Shown: one piece after another, positions 1-9,103 of the stretch
Layout of the letters: each line of letters opens with the position of its first letter
Position numbering within the stretch: the stretch's first letter is position 1
Source: Tubiluchus corallicola
Lineage: Eukaryota; Animalia; Priapulida
NCBI GenBank assembly: GCA_030141605.1
Contig: JAQGDQ010000661.1
Coordinates: 1 to 64,000 of the forward strand
Length of the DNA: 64,000 nucleotides
Reading direction: 5' to 3'
Translations under genes and position numbers: made by a program
Notes under the pieces: model-generated
Database searches by the model: none
What the model was told of the DNA's origin: nothing
Seen by the model: only the letters and a program-made list of their open reading frames with translations

Positions 1-473
1 TTTATCCAATCCAAACTCTTTGATTTCTTAACCTTTTTTCCTTTCTTCGTCCTTTACTTTTCCTCTTCGTTCTCTTATTCTTTTCTACTTTTTTCTGCCT
101 CTTTTTCTGGCTATTTTCCTTAAATATGTTAAAGACTTTTGTACTTAGTGCAGTGTCTTGAGACAACAGATGAGTAACTATGACAGAATGACCATCACAA
201 TTACTTCTCACCCATATGAGGTCTCGGTTACACGTATTCCTTCCACTTAAGAGTTCTCGCTTTGATATGTGACCCAATGATTACATATAAGCTAATGCCT
301 CCATCACTGGGAGGTAGAAAAACTGCAATTCTCATTTACAGCATGTAACCCCAGGGGTGGATTAAATGTTACCTGTCCTGTAGTGCATATGAAGAAGTTC
401 TGAAGGTAATTGCTAAGACACTAGAATACAGGTGAGCTTTATTTATATAAATCATTAATAACACTATACTTTG

Positions 474-547
474 CTCTCTCTCCCTCCCTCTCCCTCCCTC
501 TCTCCTCCCTCTCTCCTCCCTCTCTCCCCCCTCTCTCTCTCTCTCTC

Positions 548-619
<72 letters not shown>
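474..619. repeat. (CT)n/(TA)n compound microsatellite
   Basis: Read directly from the sequence. Confidence 0.95.
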
Positions 620-621
<2 letters not shown>

Positions 622-815
622 AATGAAAGTTTAGACTCTATATAAAGAAATAGACTCATTTTATAGTTGAAATTTCTTGTGTGGAATTTTTAATGTTTTA
701 AGAAGAGAATGTAATAATATGACTAATGATCATAATTAAGAACTAATAATTAATAAAAATAAGGTAAAAAAATCGTGAGTGAGCATCACGACAGCGCATG
801 CGTTACTTTCTTCAG

Positions 816-1033
816 ATCTCCTTCTGGATGAGAACCTCGGAGAAGGTAGGAGAGCCAACGATTTCGTACATCGGCGATCGCAACAGCTTGAAATACCACA
901 ACCAAACCACAACAAACAAAAACCCCACACAAAACCAAACACAAAAACAACCAAAATTTCGATTTCAACTGCAGGAGTATCGTCACAATTCAAGTGGATT
1001 TCAAATTAACCTTCTGCATCACAAAACCATTTT
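816..1033 (+). CDS. Internal coding exon (first visible) of tandem pentraxin/LamG-domain protein; N-half of domain 1
   Basis: Acceptor ttactttcttcag|ATC, donor TT|gtaagt; phase 0 to phase 2. Translates ISFWMRTSEKVGEPTISYIGD...LLHHKTI, which matches the pentraxin 'TvclWlr...tifSYa' strands and is paralogous to exon 5718-5923. Confidence 0.8.
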
Positions 1034-1245
1034 GTAAGTTGTCATTCAGTAAAAACGGAACTCAAAAAGTTTGAATTTAGCTTTTTTATATTTTTTAATA
1101 TGAAATTCATGCAATGTAATGACAGTCGTTTTACTTTGCTAAATTTCATTCTTATTAAACATCAATCAAATTCTTTTTCTAATTAATACAATTAAGCTAA
1201 TAACGACACTGTTTAAAATAACTGAGCGGCTGAGTAATGCATGAT

Positions 1246-2240
1246 CAGGGCTGAACTGTGACGTTTTGGGGCCCCAAAGCTAATGAAATTAAAGCGCCCC
1301 CAGACGGAGCCACCCCCTAATTTGCTCGCATTCGTCTCGAATATTTTTACTTGTGATATTTTTAGCAACTTTTGGGGCCTCATATTTCAAATAAAGGGTA
1401 TCAAAGAGGGGCCCTTATCTCACATAAAGGACCTCAAAGAAGGGCCTCTTTTTTAAAGTTGAAATTTTATTTTAAATTATATGAATTATTCCGGTTCTTA
1501 TATGGTTGAAGCAAGGTATGCTTGAGGGACCCTAGCCTACAGCCTATACTAGCCTATACGGTAATCCAGCCCTGCTCCCAAAGCTTGAGGGACCCTAGGC
1601 TGCAGCCTATACTAGCCTATACGGTAATCCAGCCCTGCTGTTAAAGCTTAATCTACCCTAGGCTGCAGCCTATACTAGCCTATACGGTAATCCAGCCCTG
1701 CTGTTAAAGCTTAAATTACCCTAGGCTGCAGCCTATACTAGCCTATAAGGTAATCCAGCCCTGCTGTTAAAGCTTAAACTACCCTAGGCTGCAGCCTATA
1801 CTAGCCTATACGGTAATCCAGCCCTGCTGTTAAAGCTTAATTTACCCTAGGCTGCAGCCTATACTAGCCTATACGGTAATCCAGCCCTGCTTTAATAGCT
1901 TAAAGTACCCTAGGCTGCAGCCTATACTAGCCTATACGGTAACCCAGCCCTGCTTTAATAGCTTAAGGTACCCTAGGCTGCAGCCTATACTAGCCTATAC
2001 GGTAACCCAGCCCTGCTGTTAAAGCTTAATGGACCCTATGCTACAGCCTATACTAGCCTATAGGGTAATCCAGCCCTGCTCCCAAAGCTTGAGGGACCCT
2101 AGGCTGCAGCCTATACTAGCCTATAGGGTAATCCAGCCCTGCTCCCAAAGCTTGAGTGACCCTAGGCTGTAGCCTATACTAGCCTAGAGGGTAATCCAGT
2201 CCTGCTTCCAAAGCTTGAGGGACCCTAGGACCCAGCCCTG
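1246..2240. mobile_element. hAT-like MITE (CAGGGCTG...CAGCCCTG) whose right end is tandemly amplified
   Basis: Left end cagggctg at ~1246 and right end cagccctg at ~2233-2240; GGGCCC-rich subterminal motifs. Related fragments lie at ~18115-18186, ~37955-38008 and ~62610-62666. No clear TSD. Confidence 0.55.
1519..2230. repeat. 63-bp minisatellite, ~11 copies (intron 1 of visible gene)
   Basis: ctagcctatacggtaatccagccctg recurs at 1549, 1612, 1675, 1738 and onward. Confidence 0.95.
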
Positions 2241-2371
2241 ATTACAGTTGTGCCACCCACACCAACACTTGAGCAACATCATCTTGACAGGCAGAACTGA
2301 TGAATCAAACTTTAAGATTGAGCAAAATGCGTAAGATGCTTTAGTAATAATTATCATCTTTACCATTTCAG

Positions 2372-2757
2372 CAATATTGAAAATGTTAACGTTCGAGATG
2401 CAAGATGGCACCACATTAGTTTCACCTGGATGGGAGGAATGCACCCATTAGGTACTGTATATGTTGATTACGTCCATAGATCACAACATGAAATTGGAAA
2501 GCCTGACCGCCTGCTTCCGTTAGAACTGGTAATCCTAGCCAGAGGAGTCACTGAACGACTGGACATTGGCGATTTTTTCAAAGGAGAAATTACAGACTTT
2601 AACCTGTACGACGTGTGTCTGGAACCTTGGAAAGTAGAAGAGTTGTCCATGACTTGTGCATCGAATGATGGCAACGTATTTTCCTGGAACGATTTCAGGA
2701 TTGGTGCCCAGAAAGGAGTCAAGGTCCACACTCCAACTACGTGTCCGAAATATGCAT
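2372..2757 (+). CDS. Coding exon of tandem pentraxin/LamG-domain protein; C-half of domain 1
   Basis: Acceptor ttaccatttcag|C, donor T|gtaagt; phase 2 to phase 1. Encodes RDARWHHISFTW...FKGEITDFNLYD...TCASNDGNVFSWNDF...TTCP, typical pentraxin-fold motifs. Confidence 0.9.
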
Positions 2758-2952
2758 GTAAGTCCCGTTTGAGAACAGCAACTCTTTTGTCTACCTTATA
2801 TTTAATTTTAGTGGAATAAAGTGATCATTAAGTGATCGCGTAAGGTGATCACCATTACCTTGATTACTAAATAAGCATCACTTCAATTATTATTCGATTT
2901 TTATCCATGTAATCCATTTTTGTTGTAATCTTAGTTTTTACTTTTTATATCA

Positions 2953-4718
2953 TGTTCTGCTGAGTGAATTACTGTTAATTTTTACACAGTCATTAGGTAC
3001 AACTATGACTTGCAGTGTTCTGCTGAGTAAATTACTGTTAATTTTTACACAGTCATTAGGTACAACTATGACTTGTAGTGTTCTGCTGAGTGAATTACTG
3101 TTAATTTTTACACAGTCATTAGGTACAACTATGACTTGCAGTGTTCTGCTGAGTGAATTACTGTTAATTTTTACACAGTCATTAGGTACAATTATGACTT
3201 GTAGTGTTCTGCTGAGTGAATTACTGTTAATTTTTACACAGCCATTAGGTACAGCTATGACTTGTAGTGTTCTGCTGAGTGAATTACTGTTAATTTTTTC
3301 ACAGTCATTAGGTACAACTATGACTTGTAGTCTTCTGCTGAGTGAATTACTGTTAATTTTTACACAGTCATTAGGTACAGCTATGACTTGTAGTGTTCTG
3401 CTGAGTGAATTACTGTTAATTTTTTCACAGTCATTAGGTACAACTATGACTTGCAGTGTTCTGCTGAGTGAATTACTGTTAATTTTTTCACAGTCATTAG
3501 GTACAGCTATCACTTGTAGTGTTCTGCTGAGTGAATTACTGTTAATTTTTACACCGTCATTAGGTACAATTATGACTTGTAGTGTTCTGCTGAGTGAATT
3601 ACTGTTAATTTTTACACAGTCATTAGGTACAACTATCACTTGTAGTGTTCTGCTGAGTAAATTACTGTTAATTTTTTCACAGTCATTAGGTACAACTATG
3701 ACTTATAGTGTTCTGCTGAGTGAATTACTGTTAATTTTTACACAGTCATTAGGTACAACTATCACTTGTAGTGTTCTGCTGAGTGAATTACTGTTAATTT
3801 TTACACAGTCATTAGGTACAACTATCACTTGTAGTGTTCTGCTGAGTGAATTACTGTTAATTTTTACACAGTCATTAGGTACAACTATCACTTGTAGTGT
3901 TCTGCTGAGTGAATTACTGTTAATTTTTTCACAGTCATTAGGTACAGCTATGACTTGTAGTGTTCTGCTGAGTGAATTACTGTTAATTTTTTCACAGTCA
4001 TTAGGTACAGCTATGACTTGTAGTGTTCTGCTGAGTGAATTACTGTTAATTTTTTCACAGTCATTAGGTACAGCTATGACTTGTAGTGTTCTGCTGAGTG
4101 AATTACTGTTAATTTTTTCACAGTCATTAGGTACAGCTATGACTTGTAGTGTTCTGCTGAGTGAATTACTGTTAATTTTTTCACAGTCATTAGGTACAGC
4201 TATGACTTGTAGTGTTCTGCTGAGTGAATTACTGTTAATTTTTACACAGTCATTAGGTACAACTATGACTTGTAGTGTTCTGCTGAGTGAATTACTGTTA
4301 ATTTTTACACAGCCATTAGGTACAACTATGACTTGTAGTGTTCTGCTGAGTGAATTACTGTTAATTTTTTCACAGTCATTAGGTACAACTATGACTTGTA
4401 GTGTTCTGCTGAGTGAATTACTGTTAATTTTTTCACAGTCATTAGGTACAACTATGACCTGTAGTGTTCTGCTGAGTGAATTACTGTTAATTTTTACAAA
4501 TTCATTAGGTACAACTATCACTTGCAGTGTTTTGCTGAGTAAATTACTGTTAATTTTTTCACAGTCATTAGGTACAACTATCACTTGTAGTGTTCTGCTG
4601 AGTGAATTACTGTTATTTTTTTCACAGTCATTAGGTACAACTATCACTTGTAGTGTTCTGCTGACTGAATTACTGTTGTTTTTTTCACAGTCATTATGTA
4701 CAACTATGACTTGCAGTG
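2953..4718 (+). repeat. 63-bp minisatellite, 28 copies, made of an intron 3' end plus exon start
   Basis: Unit tgttctgctgagtgaattactgttaatttttacacag|tcattaggtacaactatgacttgtag. The last unit starts at 4654 (27 x 63 from 2953) and overlaps exon 4691-4800. Confidence 0.95.
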
Positions 4719-4800
4719 GACGTACCAGGGAAGACCAGATTCGAAGGTCTGGTTTCATCGGGGACTGCCTGGTCCGCCAAGGCAGTTAACAGAAATATCG
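4691..4800 (+). CDS. Coding exon, start of pentraxin domain 2
   Basis: Acceptor ctgac...tgttgtttttttcacag|TC, donor TCG|gtaagt; phase 1 to phase 0. Reads FIMYNYDLQWTYQGRPDSKVWFHRGLPGPPRQLTEIS and joins in frame to ISVWIR of the next exon (pentraxin 'L..fTvclW'). Confidence 0.8.
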
Positions 4801-4929
4801 GTAAGTACTCTTGCAATAGTATCCTCATCCTTTTAGAGATCACCTCAACTTTACTTCATATGATGTAAATTTCATCTAGCATATACAACTTGATGGTTGG
4901 TATAATAGGGTAGTTTTAGTTCTACTAAT

Positions 4930-5160
4930 CAGGGCCTATTTCAGCCTGAGCGAGGCCCGGAGAAGTGGGGCGTGTGAGGCCCCCACGGGCCTCGCTTAGG
5001 CTGAAATTTTTGAACTGCTAGAATGCCGGAGAAGTATTTTCGAAGAGAAAATATGGAGTTATACAGTTGTTAAAGGAAAGAACAATTGCAAGAAAAACTG
5101 CTTTATTCTCAAGACCAGTCCTTAATACTTGTCAATACTGGCAAATGGCGCAGGTGCGGC

Positions 5161-5253
<93 letters not shown>

Positions 5254-5375
5254 GAAAGGGAGAGAGGAGGCAGTATGTTCGCATAAAGCAAAAAAAAATT
5301 ACCTTGGCGTGAAGCCCCTCTGGAGGATGAAGCCCGGGGAAGTATCCCCACTCCCCCCCCCTGAAATAGGCCCTG
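4930..5375. mobile_element. hAT-type MITE, 446 bp, intronic
   Basis: Perfect 15-bp TIRs cagggcctatttcag / ctgaaataggccctg; 8-bp TSD ctactaat/ctactaac (7/8). Contains an internal hairpin at ~4939-5006 and (GA)n at ~5166-5251. Confidence 0.88.
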
Positions 5376-5717
5376 CTACTAACCCATCTTACCTGTTCTC
5401 CCCTTCAACTTCCCTCTAACCACTAATACTTCCGGTCTTTTGTTTGTCTAATCCTTTCCACTCCTCTGTCAGAAGGCACAAGGTCTTCTTTAATTCTGGC
5501 AGGTAAATGAAATATTATTTGTTATGTTATTGTATAGAAATTGGGTGCTTTTTTTGGTTAAATTTTGTAAAAATATTTCATTTAAAGTGGAAATAAATAT
5601 TACATTACATTACGTAGGTATAAATTTTGAAAATTTCTCTAATCAATGTGATTTAGAAGACATATGAGTTGTGTCGGCAGACTTTTGTTCAAAATACAGA
5701 AGAAATTGCCTTTGTAG

Positions 5718-5923
5718 ATTTCAGTTTGGATTAGGATGGACATCTGTCATTCGTTTGGTCAGCCTGCCATCATCTCATTTGCCAGAGACATTCCACTGGG
5801 AGTAAGCCATCGCAAGATTCAAAGAGAAAGGTTAGCAGATAAACGAGAAATAGAAGTGCGATTGCAAGTTGGAGGATATAACTCTGCAATGTTGGTCCGT
5901 CTTGCAGGTGCCAAGACAGACTT
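5718..5923 (+). CDS. Coding exon, pentraxin domain 2 N-half
   Basis: Acceptor gcctttgtag|ATT, donor TT|gtaagt; phase 0 to phase 2. Encodes ISVWIRMDICHSFGQPAIISFARD...AGAKTD. Confidence 0.85.
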
Positions 5924-6162
5924 GTAAGTACCATCTGTTCCCCGTTTCCATGGCAACGGCAATTAAGAACTGTATCATTTGTATTTTATAATCTGGATAT
6001 GTTTTTAACATCGACTTTTTTACTTAAAGTATGTAGAATATTTTCTTATACCGGAAACGGAACGTGTTTTTTACGTTTTCATCGTTTTGCTTCTCACACC
6101 AGCCAGTTTTTCCAAGCTTATAGTAATAAAAAAAGAATCCTCTATTGGTGATTCTTTTTCTC

Positions 6163-6567
6163 AGTTCAACAGGACTTAGTTCATGGCTTCTTCTTAGTTC
6201 AGCAGGACTTAGTTCATGGCTTCTTCTTAGTTCAACAGGACTTAGTTCATGGCTCCTTCTTAGTTCAATAGGACTTAGTTCATGGCTTCTTCTTAGTTCA
6301 ACAGGACTTAGTTCATGGCTTCTTCTTAGTTCAACAGGACTTAGTTCATGGCTTCTTCTTAGTTCAACAGGACTTAGTTCATGGCTTCTTAGTTCAACAG
6401 AACTTAGTTCATTGCTTCTTCTTAGTTCAACAGGAGTTAGTTCATGGCTTCTTCTTAGATGTGTGTGTTCTTTTGAAGCTGAACTTAAGTTCATGCTCAC
6501 TAACTAACTAAGGAGTCCTAAGTCCCTGAACTAAGTCCTGTTGAACTAAGAAGAAGCCATGAACTAA
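6163..6567. repeat. 33-bp tandem repeat (~9 copies) plus an inverted copy (fold-back)
   Basis: ttagttcaacaggacttagttcatggcttcttc tandem at 6163-6457; reverse complement at 6527-6567. Confidence 0.9.
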
Positions 6568-6619
6568 ACAATGTTGCACCTCTCAGGGTTATTTTCCTTG
6601 AATTTTTTTGTTTTTTCAG

Positions 6620-7259
6620 AGTAATTAAACAAGGTGCATCAGCAATCATGGATGGGAAATTTCATCACGTTGGTCTGACGTGGTCCTCAGCAGATGGTTC
6701 CCTAGATTTTTACATCGATGGCAAGCCCGCTGTATATGACTATCTGTTGGGAAAAAAGAAAATCGATCCCAACTCACCAAAATATCAAGTTGGTGAAACA
6801 ATAGCAACTCATAGTAAGGTTGTGGAGAATCCTAATGACTTCTTCATAGGGCAGACGCTACATGGATGGGAGTCAGAAGATCCTACATATTTCATAGGTG
6901 ACATGACGGACTTCAACATTTACGATCGTCAACTGAATGCAAGTGCCATGTTAGAACTCTACCGATCTTGTCCGGCAAATGATGGCAATATTCTGCAATG
7001 GTCGGACGTGCGCGTGGGAATTGAAGGAGACATGGTCATCCATCCGATGACCGCCTGTGTACCCGACGTCCCGCAGAGGCAGGTTCCGGATCTCCGTAAG
7101 CGCAGAGCGATAAGCGTTCAAAAAGTGCACGACTGCTCGGATCCGGATGAGTTGGAAAATTCTGGCCTTCTCTGGATGCAAAGCAAGAGTATGGCTTCAT
7201 TGCAGAACCACGTTTCCTTTTTAGTTCTGGCAACACTGGTTTTATTTGCAGTATTGTGA
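6620..7259 (+). CDS. Terminal coding exon: pentraxin domain 2 C-half, RKRR site, hydrophobic GPI-signal-like tail
   Basis: Acceptor ttttttgttttttcag|A (phase 2). Encodes MDGKFHHVGLTWSSADG...FIGQ...FIGDMTDFNIYD...SCPANDGNILQWSD...RKRR...ENSG...VSFLVLATLVLFAVL, then TGA at 7257-7259. Confidence 0.92.
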
Positions 7260-7568
7260 TAGATGGTGTTCAAATGGTGCATAGATGGTGTAAAAATGGT
7301 GCATAGATGGTGTGCAAATGGTGCATAGATGGTGTGCAAATGGTGTATAGATGGTGTACAAATGGTTCATAGATGGTGTACAATTGTTGCACAGATGGTG
7401 TACAGATGATGCATAGATGGTGTACAATTGCTGCATAGATGGTGTACAAATGGTGCATAGATGGTGTACAAATGGTGCACAGATGGTGTACAATTGCTGC
7501 ATAGATGGCGTACAAATGGTGCACAGATGGTGTACAAATGGTGCATAGATGGTGTACAAATGGTGCAT
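7260..7568. repeat. 22-bp minisatellite (~14 copies) starting right after the stop codon (3' UTR)
   Basis: Unit agatggtgtacaaatggtgcat. Confidence 0.93.
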
Positions 7569-7688
7569 GATTCCTTTTACACACAGATATGGTGTATAAT
7601 TATAATAGTGCTTTCATTTATATAAACACTGCTCATATCACGAAATGATCAGGATTAGATGGTCCCATATTTTTGCATTGCTCGTGAT

Positions 7689-8447
7689 TAAAGGAAAGAA
7701 CAACTCAATTAGCATGTTGACCTGGTTTTATCGCTGTCACTTAAAGTTAGAAAAAATTAACAAAGAAGTTTGCAGAAGATTTTTCCATAAAACATAAAGT
7801 TACATCATACTGTCGCTGTATGGAAAAACAGGCTTAACTTTTCCTTTAACACTGAAATAAACTTAACTTCCTAGAAGGCTTGACTTTTCCTTTAACATTG
7901 AAGTAAACTTAACTTCCTAGAAGGCTTGACTTTTCCTTTAACATCGAAATAAACTTAACTTCCTAGAAGGCTTGACTTTTCCTTTAACATTGAAGTAAAC
8001 TTAACTTCCCAGAAGGCTTGACTTTTCCTTTAACATTGAAGTAAAGTTAACTTCCTAGAAGGCTTGACTTTTCCTTTAACATTGAAGTAAACTTAACTTC
8101 CTAGAAGGGTTGACTTTTCCTTTAACATTGAAGTAAACTTAACTTCCCAGAAGGCTTGACTTTTCCTTTAACATTGATGTAAACTTAACTTCCCAGAAGG
8201 CTTGACTTTTCCTTTAACATTGAAACAAACTTAAATTCCCAGAAGGCTTGACCTTTCCTTTAACATTGAAATAAACTGAATTTCCCAGAACGCTTGACTT
8301 TTCCTTTAACATTGAAGTAAACTGATTTTCCCAGAAGGCTTGACTTTTCCTTTAACATTGAAGTAAACTGAATTTCCCAGAAAGGTTGACTTTTCCTTTA
8401 ACATTGAAATAAACTTAACTTCCCAGAAGGGTTGACTTTTCCTTTAA
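7689..8447. mobile_element. TTAA-flanked non-autonomous DNA transposon with its right terminus amplified as a 46-bp minisatellite (~13 copies, 7830-8447)
   Basis: Left end ttaa|aggaaag and right end ttttcct|ttaa. Single copies of the 46-bp unit occur at ~12965-13006 and ~36860-36893. Confidence 0.7.
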
Positions 8448-9072
8448 AGCATGTATTTTCATTGTATACTTACATGTACGCTGCAGCATAGACATTGTAG
8501 TACAAGTAGCTATTTTTAACTATTTTAATTAGCTATGGCTCATTGCTCAATTTTTAGTACGCAACATGCTTTTTGGTACTTTTGTACATAGTCAATTATC
8601 TTTATAACTTGCTATAATTTTTGTATATAAAATGAGAATTTGTGTTAAATTCTAATGTTGTAAAAATGTCGTTAATTTGCTAGATTTTTTAATAAAGCAT
8701 TTAAAACTCGATCTTCTTCATGGTTAATAATCATATTTTTAATCACTTGTGGTGTGCTAGGATTGAAAGTGAAATTCAAAAGCACTTTAGAACTGCCATT
8801 ACAGTAACAGTTTCTTTTCAGCTTTCCAAATTCACAATGCTTCTTTCAATGGTGTGATCAACTTGTGATATCGTTTGCTTCAATGTGGCGACAATTATTG
8901 CAGTCAGTGTCACATTAAAGCACAACAAAACCTTCCGCTTACATAAAACTAAAACAATTCGTCTTGAAATTTTATACCACTTACCTAGTGCCTTTTTGCA
9001 TGCAGGGCTTGCGTCGCCTGTAACGATGCATAAAACGCGTACATTTAAACTACTGCCGTGACTGTTAGGTTC

Positions 9073-9103
<31 letters not shown>

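Noticed and set aside
2-277. Lys/Arg-rich minus-strand ORF at the window edge
   Set aside because: Low-complexity purine-rich tract with no recognisable domain, probably intronic to the + strand gene.
342-431. Possible upstream exon (tttacag...ag|gtgagc)
   Set aside because: Stop codons occur in all three frames.
3005-4789. 594-aa ORF and the antisense 229/351-aa ORFs
   Set aside because: These are translations of the 63-bp tandem repeat, in a different frame from the pentraxin exon, and they lie within an intron.
4717-4800. Alternative acceptor ttgcag at 4716
   Set aside because: It gives a phase-1 end that is incompatible with exon 5718 and loses the LTEIS-ISVW pentraxin continuity.
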